Positions 9,110 through 18,421 of a stretch of DNA of 64,000 bases are shown here, piece after piece. The position numbers were made by a program, and so were the translations under genes. Every line of letters begins with the position of its first letter. Position 1 is the first letter of the stretch. Below the pieces are notes generated by a model. The model was given only the letters and a program-made list of their open reading frames with translations, was not told the origin of the DNA and did not search any database. Origin of the DNA: a bacterium (GTDB lineage: Bacteria; Patescibacteriota; Microgenomatia; Levybacterales; UBA12049); NCBI GenBank assembly GCA_021777565.1, contig JAJYDJ010000002.1, positions 69,082-133,081 on the forward strand, read 5' to 3'.

Positions 9110-9239
9110 AGATTTATTCTAGTAGTTGTAGTAGTGTACCGGGAAAAGTGGAAAAACGCAAGGGATCGAGGCTAAAATAATGTGGATAACCGTGTGTACA
9201 ACTTTGGGGATGAAATGGGGACAACCCACCTCCTTCTAG
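9110..9239. promoter_or_regulatory. dnaA-dnaN intergenic region with DnaA boxes (candidate oriC or DnaA-box region)
   Basis: A perfect TGTGGATAA (reverse of TTATCCACA) sits at about 9181-9189, and a 7/9 box at about 9147-9155. Two further TTATCCCC boxes lie just inside the dnaA 3' end (about 9240-9247 and 9260-9267). Confidence 0.4.
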
Positions 9240-10622
9240 TTATCCCCTGAGATTTCGAGTTATCCCCATGATCTCCTCATTGAGTTCTGCACTGTTTTTC
9301 AACAGGTTTTCCACCTTTTCGATTCCATGCATAATGGTTGTGTGATCTCGTCCCCCAAGTAAATTCCCAATTTCAACCAGTGTTGTACCTAATTCTTGTT
9401 TAAGAAGAAACATTGTCACTTGTCGTGCCTTGACCAAGGCTGCATCTCGCTTGGGGCCTTTGAGCTGGGTAGGTTTGACATCATAGTACTCACAGGTGCT
9501 TTTAATAATATCGTCTGAGTGCAGGCGGAAACCAATTGGTTTGGCGTCTTTTAATATATTTGAAGCTAGTATTTTCTCTGCAGAGACCTGTCGTGTCTGA
9601 GCCTCAGTCATTACTCGAAGCAACGCTCCCTCAAGGCTTCTCACGTCCTGTTCTTTCTCTGCAATTGCCTTGGCTATCTCAATATCTATGTCATAGCCAA
9701 ACTTCTCTGCCTTTTTCATGATGATTGCGGTACGCATGGCAAAATCTGGTTCTTGAATATCAATGGTTAGCCCCCCAGCAAATCGTGAAGAGAGTCTTGC
9801 TTCAAGTTTTTTAATCTCCTGTGGTGGTTTATCTGAAGTCAGAACAATCTGTCCACCAGCATCGATAATAGCGTTAAAGGTGTGAAAGAGCTCTTCCTGC
9901 ACTTTCTCCTTACCCGAGATGAACTGAATATCATCAATAATGAGCAGATTGGCACTTCTAAAATATCGTTTCATAGCACTCGTATTATTGTTTCGAATGG
10001 CGTCAACAACACGGTTAATAAAATCTTCACTGGTGCAATAAATAATGGTGAGTGAACTGTCTTTTTGGTATGCCTGATTGGCAATGGCGTGCATGATATG
10101 CGTCTTCCCTACTCCGGTTGGACCATACACAAAAAGAGGGTTGTATGATCGCCCTAAGTTATTGGCCACGGTTTGAGCAGAGACATAGGCAAGTTGGTTG
10201 CTGTCTGAGACCGCTAAGTTTTCAAAGGTGAAATCTTTTCGTACGCGTGGAATATGTCCCATACTTGGCATGACTTCCTTTTTCTCAGTGAAGTCAAATT
10301 GGTCTTGCGGGAGTTTCTCTTTTACTTGTTTTTTAACCGTTTTCGTAGCGAACTCAAGTGTTGTAACTGGGGTAGGAGTGTATTTACTCATGGTCTCTTT
10401 CAGAAGGCTTGAAAACTTCTTATCTAAAAAGTCAGCAACGACTGTGGATAACGTCGCAATTTTTACTGTTGAGTCTTGAATTTCTATAACTTCTGATGTT
10501 TTAAAAAATGAAGTAAAATTACCCATGGAAACCTCAGTTTTTATATCCTGGAGCGTTTTCTCCCAAATTTCTTCCGTAGTCATCGTAGACTCAATTAAAG
10601 AATGTGGATAACTTCTTGTCAA
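9240..10622 (-). CDS. dnaA: Chromosomal replication initiator DnaA
   Basis: AAA+ Walker A GPTGVGKTH and box VII are present, together with the C-terminal DNA-binding signature KARQVTMFLLKQELGTTLVEIGNLLGGRDHTTIMH. It starts with TTG, and a perfect DnaA box (10603-10611) overlaps the start region. Confidence 0.95.
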   Translation of the reverse strand: MTRSYPHSLIESTMTTEEIWEKTLQDIKTEVSMGNFTSFFKTSEVIEIQDSTVKIATLSTVVADFLDKKFSSLLKETMSKYTPTPVTTLEFATKTVKKQVKEKLPQDQFDFTEKKEVMPSMGHIPRVRKDFTFENLAVSDSNQLAYVSAQTVANNLGRSYNPLFVYGPTGVGKTHIMHAIANQAYQKDSSLTIIYCTSEDFINRVVDAIRNNNTSAMKRYFRSANLLIIDDIQFISGKEKVQEELFHTFNAIIDAGGQIVLTSDKPPQEIKKLEARLSSRFAGGLTIDIQEPDFAMRTAIIMKKAEKFGYDIDIEIAKAIAEKEQDVRSLEGALLRVMTEAQTRQVSAEKILASNILKDAKPIGFRLHSDDIIKSTCEYYDVKPTQLKGPKRDAALVKARQVTMFLLKQELGTTLVEIGNLLGGRDHTTIMHGIEKVENLLKNSAELNEEIMGITRNLRG

Positions 10623-10669
10623 TAGATCACATAGACACAGGACAAAAGTTTTGGTACAATTACCCTGTT

Positions 10670-10804
10670 ATGGAAAGACTTCGTACCACAAAAGGAACCA
10701 AAAAAGCGCGCAAGCATGGATTCCTTGCTCGTCGCAAAACGGCAAATGGACGCACTGTCATTGCTCGTCGCCGCGCAAAAAATCGCAAAAGAATAGCTCA
10801 GTAA
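10670..10804 (+). CDS. rpmH: 50S ribosomal protein L34
   Basis: MERLRTTKGTKKARKHGFLARRKTANGRTVIARRRAKNRKRIAQ is a canonical L34. The ORF track extends it upstream from a GTG at 10604. Confidence 0.9.
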   Translation: MERLRTTKGTKKARKHGFLARRKTANGRTVIARRRAKNRKRIAQ

Positions 10805-11124
10805 TGTTTGCAAAACCTTTTCGCCTCACTCTTGGCAGACAAAAAATTCTTGGTCAGAGATTCACGTCCCCTACTCTTTCTCTTGTCGTTTCAGATAATG
10901 GTCTCGAGCATAATAGGTATGCCTGTCTTGTGACTAAAAAAGTAGACAAGAGAGCAGTCATTCGTAATCGAATCAGAAGGCTTGTTATTTCAGAACTCCA
11001 GGCGAAACATCTCCAAATTCACCCCAGACATGATCTTTTTTTTATGGCAAAAGTAACACAACAAGATGAAAAACAAATCCAAAGTGATGTCTCATCTCTT
11101 CTTGAACAAGCTCATCTGTTATGA
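10804..11124 (+). CDS. rnpA: RNase P protein component
   Basis: MFAKPFRLTLGRQ...VTKKVDKRAVIRNRIRRL is the RnpA pattern. Its ATG overlaps the rpmH stop (TAATG), the classical rpmH-rnpA arrangement. Confidence 0.85.
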   Translation: MFAKPFRLTLGRQKILGQRFTSPTLSLVVSDNGLEHNRYACLVTKKVDKRAVIRNRIRRLVISELQAKHLQIHPRHDLFFMAKVTQQDEKQIQSDVSSLLEQAHLL

Positions 11125-11333
11125 AATATTTTTTTATTGCCAGTATCTGGATTTATCATGTTATCCTCTCCCCTATTCTTCGTAGTATTGTAGGAACAAA
11201 AAATGTCTGTCGATATACTCCTTCCTGCTCAGAATATGCTCTCGAGCGTTTACAAAAAGACGGGATCAAAAGTCTTCCTGATATTACTCGTCGTTTGCTC
11301 TCGTGTCATCCTTTTGGTACAATACAAAAGTGA
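11121..11333 (+). CDS. yidD: Membrane protein insertion efficiency factor YidD
   Basis: CRYTPSCSEYALE...RRLLSCHPFG is the YidD signature. Confidence 0.8.
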   Translation: MKYFFIASIWIYHVILSPILRSIVGTKNVCRYTPSCSEYALERLQKDGIKSLPDITRRLLSCHPFGTIQK

Positions 11334-12157
11334 AAATAACTGGCATCTTTGCAACTCCTGTTCTTGGCCCAATTACTATCCTTCTAACCAATTTCCTTTT
11401 GATTTTTTATCATGGGTTTGTTTTTGCTAATATTCCTTATGCGCTTGGGTTTTCCATTATTGCGCTGACTTTGTTTTTTAGAATTGTTCTATATCCATTT
11501 ACTGCATCTCAAATCAGAACATCCGTAAAAATGCAAAAAATTGCTCCTCATGTGAATAAGCTCAAAGAACTCCATAAAAATGATTCCAAAAAACTGCAGG
11601 AAGAAACAATGAAACTCTATAAAGAACACGGGGTTAATCCTGCTGCAGGATGTCTGCCTATGATTATCCAGCTTCCCTTTATCTGGGCACTGTATGCGCT
11701 CCTGCAATATGTGGTAAAAACAGCCCCAACACAGGTGCTAACCGCGGTAAATAATGTCGTGTATTTCCCTTTCTTGAAGCTTCCCATGGTATGGGATCAG
11801 CACTTCTTTGGCCTTTCTCTTGGTCAAGCCCCTGCAGACATGTTCAAGCATGGGATGGTATGGATTTTGATCTTCCCAGCACTTACTGCGGCGTTACAGT
11901 TTATTCAATCAAAAATGATGTTTAACACTCCTGCTCCAGAGCCAGGGGCGCAAAAGAAAGACGACCTTTCTAGTGCAATGCAAACTCAATCTCTGTATAT
12001 CTTCCCAATCATGATTGGATTCTTCTCATATACCCTTCCATTTGGTCTCACTCTCTACTGGAATACGTTCACACTTTTTGGTATACTACAACAGTACTTA
12101 GTTGCAGGATGGGGTGGACTTGAATCCCACATTGAGAAATTCCTGCGAAGAAAATAA
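11303..12157 (+). CDS. yidC: Membrane protein insertase YidC (short form)
   Basis: The Oxa1/YidC core is present: ...GCLPMIIQLPFIWALYAL..., with 5 TM helices, in the conserved rnpA-yidD-yidC-jag order. Confidence 0.85.
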   Translation: MSSFWYNTKVKITGIFATPVLGPITILLTNFLLIFYHGFVFANIPYALGFSIIALTLFFRIVLYPFTASQIRTSVKMQKIAPHVNKLKELHKNDSKKLQEETMKLYKEHGVNPAAGCLPMIIQLPFIWALYALLQYVVKTAPTQVLTAVNNVVYFPFLKLPMVWDQHFFGLSLGQAPADMFKHGMVWILIFPALTAALQFIQSKMMFNTPAPEPGAQKKDDLSSAMQTQSLYIFPIMIGFFSYTLPFGLTLYWNTFTLFGILQQYLVAGWGGLESHIEKFLRRK

Positions 12158-12158
12158 T

Positions 12159-12602
12159 ATGGAACAAACAGCAAAAGAACTTATTCAGCAATTCTTCGAC
12201 GTCCTTGACGTTAAGACAGAATTTTCTGTCACAGAGGCAGACGGAGCTATTGAAGTTGAACTTACGGGTGAAGAAAATGGCATGCTCATTGGCTATCACG
12301 GTGAGACACTTGAAGCTCTCCAAGTTTTGATTAGTCTCATGCTTGCAAAAAAGACTGGAAGTTATATGCCAGTTTCCCTTGAAGTTGGTGAATATAAGAA
12401 AAATCGTATTGAACATTTGAAAGAAATAGTTGAGAATATGAAAGCTGACGTACTCAGTCAGCATCGTGCAATTGCATTCCCAAGACTCAAGTCATGGGAA
12501 CGTCGGTTTGTACACACATACCTTAAAGATGATCCAGAAGTTGGTACCCAATCAGAAGGAGAAGGTCGTGACCGCACTCTCTCAATTTATCCAAAAGCAT
12601 AA
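12159..12602 (+). CDS. jag: Jag/KhpB-like RNA-binding protein (KH plus R3H)
   Basis: It has an R3H-like C-terminus and lies immediately after yidC. The start was chosen at MEQTAKE, directly after the yidC stop. Confidence 0.7.
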   Translation: MEQTAKELIQQFFDVLDVKTEFSVTEADGAIEVELTGEENGMLIGYHGETLEALQVLISLMLAKKTGSYMPVSLEVGEYKKNRIEHLKEIVENMKADVLSQHRAIAFPRLKSWERRFVHTYLKDDPEVGTQSEGEGRDRTLSIYPKA

Positions 12603-13785
12603 GCTTCTAGAATATTCTTTTTTTCTTCTTATTTTTTGTTTTCCCATACAACTTGGTAAACATTTTTGGCCCTCATGGAGTTATCTACATGGAGTGAGAC
12701 TTGATTACCTCTCCCCCACACTCTACCTTACCGATATCCTGTCGCTTGTTGTGATCATCCTAGGAAGTATCACTCTGTATAAGACGTCACTTTATAAGTT
12801 CTCTCCTCGATCGCTTGTTTTAGGTGCCTTTTTATTGGTCAGCACAAGTATCAGTATTGCACTGTCATCAAACCCTTTTTTTGGATGGTATGAAATCATA
12901 AAAGGATTCGAATTTGTTTGTTTATTCCTTGTAGCAAAAAATCTTTTCAAAGATAAAAAAATACTAAGTACAAGTATTGTGATTTTGGTTGTAAGTTTGT
13001 TTTTGCAAATTGCACTCGCAAGTTATCAAGTTTTTTTTGCACATAGCGCGGGAGGACTTTTTTGGCTTCTTGGGGAAAGAACATTTGATGTAAGCACTCC
13101 AGGAATTGCACGTGATTCTCTTTCAGGCGTGTTACTTCTTCGTGGATATGGGACCTTTGCACATCCAAATGTTTTTGCGGGATACGTGGTTATTGTGGGC
13201 ATTGCAGCATGGTTTCTTTTTGGGGAAAGTAGATTGCGCTCTGCTCTCCTTTCATTACTCAGTCTTGGCCTCTTAGTAAGTATGAGCCGATTCCCACTTC
13301 TCCTGTGGGTCACATTCCTTACAACCGTCTCGCGCGGCACAGGAAAGATACTGTTTGGTTCCCTTTTTGTTTTGTTCATAGGTCTCCTACTACTTTTTAA
13401 TCCTCTTTCAGATCCGTCTCTTGCCGCAAGATTCGTGTATGTTCAAGACGTGTTTTATCACATCCAAAAGTATCCTCTATTTGGAATGGGGTTCGGAAAT
13501 TTTCTTGCTTTACCGGCGAGATTGGAGGCTGGAATAGGGCTTCCACAACCCGTACACAATGTTTTTCTTCTTATCTTGGATAGTCTTGGAATAGTGGGAT
13601 TTTCTCTTGTCTTAGTAGTGCTGTTTAAAACATTTCAGACCGCAAAAAAAGATAGGATGTCACTTCTGCTTTTTCTTGCCTGGATTGCGCTGGGGAGTTT
13701 TGACCATTATCTTTTGTCTCTTCAGCAGGGTCAACTGCTGACCACCCTTGTTTTTGCACTCATTTGGAGAGAGAATACGGTATGA
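12529..13785 (+). CDS. O-antigen ligase / Wzy-like polytopic membrane protein
   Basis: There are about 10-12 TM helices and a large outward loop containing a conserved His (GYGTFAHPNVFAGY). The start is uncertain: the ORF has no internal Met after the overlap with jag. Confidence 0.5.
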   Translation: MIQKLVPNQKEKVVTALSQFIQKHKLLEYSFFLLIFCFPIQLGKHFWPSWSYLHGVRLDYLSPTLYLTDILSLVVIILGSITLYKTSLYKFSPRSLVLGAFLLVSTSISIALSSNPFFGWYEIIKGFEFVCLFLVAKNLFKDKKILSTSIVILVVSLFLQIALASYQVFFAHSAGGLFWLLGERTFDVSTPGIARDSLSGVLLLRGYGTFAHPNVFAGYVVIVGIAAWFLFGESRLRSALLSLLSLGLLVSMSRFPLLLWVTFLTTVSRGTGKILFGSLFVLFIGLLLLFNPLSDPSLAARFVYVQDVFYHIQKYPLFGMGFGNFLALPARLEAGIGLPQPVHNVFLLILDSLGIVGFSLVLVVLFKTFQTAKKDRMSLLLFLAWIALGSFDHYLLSLQQGQLLTTLVFALIWRENTV

Positions 13786-14216
13786 ATGTCATCCTTATTC
13801 GAACTGATGGAGGATCACGAGGAAACCCTGGTCCAGCAGCCTCAGGGTATGTGATTGAGAAGGACGAGAATGTTATCGCTTCAGAAGGATATCCACTCGG
13901 TGACACAACCAATAATGTTGCTGAATATACTGCCGTGCTTCGTGCCTTTACTTGGTTAGCCTCACATCGGGAATCGATCGGGGATATTTCGGGAATAGAC
14001 CTCCGCATGGATAGCCTCCTTGTGTGCCAGCAGCTTAACGGCGTGTATAAAATAACCAAACCTCATTTACAGGAGATTTATGCTCAGATACAGGCACTTA
14101 TGAAGCAATTCCAGGTGCCAATTACCATAAAGCATGTGTACCGGGAAGAAAACACAAAGGCTGACTGGTTGGTGAACCTTGCGCTAGACAGTAAGATGAC
14201 GGTTTCTCTACAATAA
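13782..14216 (+). CDS. rnhA: Ribonuclease HI
   Basis: MNVILIRTDGGSRGNPGPAASGYVI...NNVAEYTA...N..AD is the RNase H catalytic pattern. Confidence 0.8.
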   Translation: MNVILIRTDGGSRGNPGPAASGYVIEKDENVIASEGYPLGDTTNNVAEYTAVLRAFTWLASHRESIGDISGIDLRMDSLLVCQQLNGVYKITKPHLQEIYAQIQALMKQFQVPITIKHVYREENTKADWLVNLALDSKMTVSLQ

Positions 14217-14220
14217 CAGT

Positions 14221-16884
14221 GTGTCTGCCCCAACAATTACACCAGAAACACAATCCATGGCGCCAATCCTTATTGTTGATAAGGGAGGGTTTTGGGGGGA
14301 GAGAATAGCCGATATTCTCAAGGATTTCTCTCAGGTAGTCCTGGTGTCCCCTCAGGAAAACGAGGCTACAGTCAACCCACTCTTCGTAAAATTTCATGAA
14401 AACATACCACAAATACCATCCGATAATTATTCACACGTGATTATTTTCTGGGATGGGGACAGTGTGACAAAGTTGCTTGTTGAGGCAAGTTTGGAGAAGG
14501 CTAAGGCAGACAATGCACGGATGCTTGTGTTTTTTACACAGAGCACATGGAACAGTGATATCGCGGCAGTGGTGAGACAGCACGGGGGAGTGGTTGGGGT
14601 TATTGGAGATGTATTTGGATCAGGGAGTAGTAGTCTTGCCCACGTACCACTAGATCATTACATTGTTGATGCAAAGAAAAAACATGGTGTCGAGCTTGCA
14701 GATATGGGACTTGTGACGAGAATGCCTATCTCATACAGTGAGACAGTAAAAGCACTCCTGACTCTCATCTTCCAGGAAGATAAACCTGCGCAGATACAAC
14801 TTCTCTACCCAGCAATCCCGACAACTGAATTGGGCTTTTTAAATGCACTAAAAAAGATTGACCCTGAGATTGGAATACGATTTCTTCCAAAAAAAGACTT
14901 GCCGACAACAAGAGAGATACCAGGTGTCTATGTACTCAATGACATTACTGATCCATTGAAAGAACTCCCTGACGTATATGCGCATACGGAAGTCACAAAA
15001 GAGGAAATAGCGGAGTTTGAGGAGCAGGTAAGACAAATGCAACCACCAGCGATAGTAAAGCATATAAAAAAACAAAAGCCGGTAGGGAAATGGTTTGTCT
15101 GGATGGTGAGTACGACGATCCTACTTAGTATTTTTGCCCCGTTGTTACTTCTCTTGGGGGCAGGGGGTTTTTTTCTCTCAGCAAAAAATGCAATTGAGTC
15201 GGGGAATGTTAAACAGAGTATCCAAAGCTTAACGCGAGGAGTGCAGTTAATAGATGGATACCAGGTTACTAGTTCGCCATGGCTACGATTGGCAACAAAT
15301 ATCTTGCCGCAAATACTTCCTTTGTCAGATCGGATCAATGGACTGTCAGTGGTAGGCAATAGTGCTCTGACGATCATGAGTTCTGCGGAAGGTATGACAC
15401 AATCTGGTGGGTATGCATCAGTAAACCTTTCTGAAGTGGGAGCAGTGAGCCGTCTTGGGATACAGCAGTTGCTAACAAATCAATGGCTTGCAGGAGAAAA
15501 AAAGAACTTTTCAATCACTGATATAAACACAACCCTCAGCGCACTTTCTCTTTTGCCTGTCATGGCTCCGCAACAGGGAACAAAACACTATCTTATTCTT
15601 TTCCAGAACAATGCAGAGCTGAGGCCGGGTGGTGGATTTATCGGTTCATACGCCATAGCAGATGTTACTAATGGGCAGTTGGCAAATCTTGATATTAAGG
15701 ATGTCTATGACGCTGATGGACAATTGAAGGGGCATGTTGAGCCACCATTTTTCTATCGACGATATCTGGCGCAACCTCACTTGTATCTGAGAGATAGCAA
15801 TTATGAATTTGATTTTCCAACGAACGCGCAGCATGCAGAGAGCATGCTCCACGCAGAACTTGGTCAGGATGTGGATGGAGTCATTGGCGTTGATCTTTTT
15901 GTTGTACAAGGCTTGTTGCAAGCGGTTGGCCCGGTCTATATTCCAGATTTTCAGGAAACTGTTACTGCAGACACATTCTTTCAACAAGCAGAGTCTCATT
16001 CTCAGGACAATTTCTTTGCAGGGTCCACACAAAAGAAAGATTACTTAGGAAGTGTTGTTCGTGCCCTTATGCCTAAACTCTCAGAGCAGGGGAACATGCT
16101 TTCGCTATCACGTGAACTTTTGAGTCTTGTCCAGAAAAAGCATATTCAGATATATAGTAATGATCAGGCGGCACTGGATATTCTCACCGCATCACATATG
16201 TCAGGTTCAGTTTGGGATGGAAGACCAAAAGGTGCAGGAAGATTAAATGACACGTTGTTTGTTAATGAAGCAAATGTTGGCGTGAACAAAGCGAATCAAG
16301 CAGTTACACGCACGCTTGATCAGACACTCATCGCCAGCAGTGACGGCACACTCTCAGACCAGGTTGTGCTTCAGATACAAAACACTAACCAAGAGGCGAG
16401 CGCTGCTGCAGGCATGTACACGAGTTACGTCCGTTTCCTTATCCCAGATGGTTCTACCCTTAGTACTATTGCTATTGATGGTGGGCTGCAACATGTCGTG
16501 CTTGCCGTGACTGATCCAAAGATATATGAAGGGAAAACATTTAAAGTTGATCCTATGGTGCTAGAAGTGAATCAAACGAGCGAGTTTGGAAAGAAAAGTA
16601 TTGGATTCTTGATCCGTGTTCCACAAAACACCACACAAAACATTCAACTAACGTATCAGCTTCCTTGGAGACTGACCTCTGCACAATCTCTGTTAACGTA
16701 CTCACAGCAACTGATAAAGCAATCTGGTATCGAAAGTATCCCGTATACCTTCCACACCCAATTTAATGGACTCTTTCACGCACTTACCAGTGATGCAGGG
16801 AAGCCAAACAGTGATGGAAGTCTTGAGAAGGCAATTGATTTACAATCAGATGTGACATTTACTTTCCCACTGGCAAGAAATTAA
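14221..16884 (+). CDS. Large bitopic membrane protein: N-terminal cytoplasmic domain (about 285 aa), one TM helix, then an extracytoplasmic DUF4012-like domain
   Basis: The TM helix is WFVWMVSTTILLSIFAPLLLLLGAGGFFLSA. YLILFQNNAELRPGGGFIGSYAIADVTNGQL matches my recollection of the DUF4012 core motif. Confidence 0.45.
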   Translation: MSAPTITPETQSMAPILIVDKGGFWGERIADILKDFSQVVLVSPQENEATVNPLFVKFHENIPQIPSDNYSHVIIFWDGDSVTKLLVEASLEKAKADNARMLVFFTQSTWNSDIAAVVRQHGGVVGVIGDVFGSGSSSLAHVPLDHYIVDAKKKHGVELADMGLVTRMPISYSETVKALLTLIFQEDKPAQIQLLYPAIPTTELGFLNALKKIDPEIGIRFLPKKDLPTTREIPGVYVLNDITDPLKELPDVYAHTEVTKEEIAEFEEQVRQMQPPAIVKHIKKQKPVGKWFVWMVSTTILLSIFAPLLLLLGAGGFFLSAKNAIESGNVKQSIQSLTRGVQLIDGYQVTSSPWLRLATNILPQILPLSDRINGLSVVGNSALTIMSSAEGMTQSGGYASVNLSEVGAVSRLGIQQLLTNQWLAGEKKNFSITDINTTLSALSLLPVMAPQQGTKHYLILFQNNAELRPGGGFIGSYAIADVTNGQLANLDIKDVYDADGQLKGHVEPPFFYRRYLAQPHLYLRDSNYEFDFPTNAQHAESMLHAELGQDVDGVIGVDLFVVQGLLQAVGPVYIPDFQETVTADTFFQQAESHSQDNFFAGSTQKKDYLGSVVRALMPKLSEQGNMLSLSRELLSLVQKKHIQIYSNDQAALDILTASHMSGSVWDGRPKGAGRLNDTLFVNEANVGVNKANQAVTRTLDQTLIASSDGTLSDQVVLQIQNTNQEASAAAGMYTSYVRFLIPDGSTLSTIAIDGGLQHVVLAVTDPKIYEGKTFKVDPMVLEVNQTSEFGKKSIGFLIRVPQNTTQNIQLTYQLPWRLTSAQSLLTYSQQLIKQSGIESIPYTFHTQFNGLFHALTSDAGKPNSDGSLEKAIDLQSDVTFTFPLARN

Positions 16885-17712
16885 TTAGTGTGTAAAAAGG
16901 TGGAAGACTTCAACAAATCCCCAGAAAGCAATGGCGACAAACGCAATACTGCCAATGAGGGCAATGATAGGCTCGCGAACAATTTTGATCGTTCTTGTTG
17001 GTGAAGCAAAAAGTGCCATATTAAGGATCATATGTCCCAAAAAGACACCGGTTGAAAAACTCACAACATTTACAATTGAAAAAAGTGGGATGTAGCCTGC
17101 AAAATCATCAAGACCGAGAATGAAGGGGATAGTGAAAGCAAAAATGATTAACGTGATAAAGGAGGGAAGTGTTGTCGCTTTTGTCCCGGATGCTGGCAGC
17201 AGTACTCGAAGAAGTGGTGCGGTGATTTTATTGATGGGACTTAGTAATTGCACGCCACTCTGAGCAAGTCTCTGTATCAATGAACCGCGTGATGACTCTT
17301 CAAGAATCTCAGAAAGGCCATCCTCGCCCATACGCAGAAGAACAAAGGCAGCAAGAATGATCATAACAGCCAATAGTGGTTGTATCTCCTTAAAGAATGT
17401 CCAGATGATAAGAATAAGAAATGTCCCAAGACCATTACCCAAGGCTGTCCCAACCTCAATAGCTATACGATTTTTCCATCCTTGGTTTTTTGACATAAGA
17501 TTGCCAATAAAAAGTGCAAAATCAATAGAGGTTTTTACATAGATTGTGAACCCGACAAGAATATCCGCGACGTAAAATTGTGGAAAGATTTTGTCTTTAG
17601 TTGGGAAAAGATTAAGGACATGAGTAAGTCCTAGAAGCATAAGAATGAGCACGCCACAAGTGATTGCGGTAAGAAATATAGGAATTAGTTGATTTTTAAT
17701 GGAACTCTTCAT
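16885..17712 (-). CDS. Integral membrane protein, function unknown
   Basis: It has about 7 TM helices. The start was chosen at MKSSIKNQ to abut the nth stop; the ORF-track start at 17787 would overlap nth by 74 nt. Confidence 0.4.
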   Translation of the reverse strand: MKSSIKNQLIPIFLTAITCGVLILMLLGLTHVLNLFPTKDKIFPQFYVADILVGFTIYVKTSIDFALFIGNLMSKNQGWKNRIAIEVGTALGNGLGTFLILIIWTFFKEIQPLLAVMIILAAFVLLRMGEDGLSEILEESSRGSLIQRLAQSGVQLLSPINKITAPLLRVLLPASGTKATTLPSFITLIIFAFTIPFILGLDDFAGYIPLFSIVNVVSFSTGVFLGHMILNMALFASPTRTIKIVREPIIALIGSIAFVAIAFWGFVEVFHLFTH

Positions 17713-17713
17713 G

Positions 17714-18409
17714 TTAGGCACACAGAATGCAGGATGGGTCATTGCAGCGGATTTGTTTGGCTTTTGCCATCCTTTTATTTCTCCCATGTTCTATAAGCAT
17801 ATAAGTAAGTTGATGCCACTGACTTTGTGGGAAGAGTGCCATTAAGTCTTGTTCAATTTTTTCTGGTGTTTTATTTTTTGACAAACCCAAAAGCTGAGAT
17901 TGTTTCATGACGTGTGTGTCAACCGCAATTCCTTCATCAATATGGTAGGCATTGGAGAGAAAGACATTGGCTGTTTTCCTCCCAACTCCTGGTATTGTTG
18001 TCATTTCAGTAATTGTTTTAGGAAGTATCCCATGGAACGTATCAAGGACAACTTTTGCAGCTTTCTGCACGTTATTTGCCTTATTGTGGTAAAACCCAGT
18101 CTGTTTAATATCCTGCTCAAGTTCGTGGAGGGGAGTAAAAGCAAAATTCACTATTTGTACCAGCTCATCATGAGGAAGTTTCACCGTCTTCTCATATGTT
18201 GCATATGTTTGTTTCAGTTCACTGCGTTCTTTTTTAAATTTGGGGAAGAGAAGAGCTGTCACCTCATTTACTTTTTTGTCAGTACACTGAGCAGAGAGAA
18301 TAATTGCGACTAGAAGTTCAAAATGATTACTAAAGTCGAGAACAATGTGAGCATGAGGGTAATGTTTTTGAAGGAGGTCAAAGAGTTTTTGTGCTTCTTG
18401 GGTTGTCAT
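17714..18409 (-). CDS. nth: Endonuclease III (HhH-GPD base-excision glycosylase)
   Basis: LVAIILSAQCTDKKVN and the HhH motif IPGVGRKTANVFL are present. Confidence 0.85.
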   Translation of the reverse strand: MTTQEAQKLFDLLQKHYPHAHIVLDFSNHFELLVAIILSAQCTDKKVNEVTALLFPKFKKERSELKQTYATYEKTVKLPHDELVQIVNFAFTPLHELEQDIKQTGFYHNKANNVQKAAKVVLDTFHGILPKTITEMTTIPGVGRKTANVFLSNAYHIDEGIAVDTHVMKQSQLLGLSKNKTPEKIEQDLMALFPQSQWHQLTYMLIEHGRNKRMAKAKQIRCNDPSCILCA

Positions 18410-18421
18410 ACGGCGAGTATA

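Noticed and set aside
10604-10669. A 22-aa N-terminal extension of rpmH from GTG 10604
   Set aside because: Canonical L34 begins at the internal MERLR. The extension would start inside the dnaA start region and has no homology.
10651-10803. An extended rnpA start overlapping all of rpmH
   Set aside because: The conserved RnpA sequence begins at the ATG overlapping the rpmH stop (10804). The extension is merely the rpmH region read in another frame.
12102-12158. An upstream start for jag overlapping the yidC 3' end
   Set aside because: The in-frame ATG immediately after the yidC stop (MEQTAKE) gives the conventional tight yidC-jag junction.
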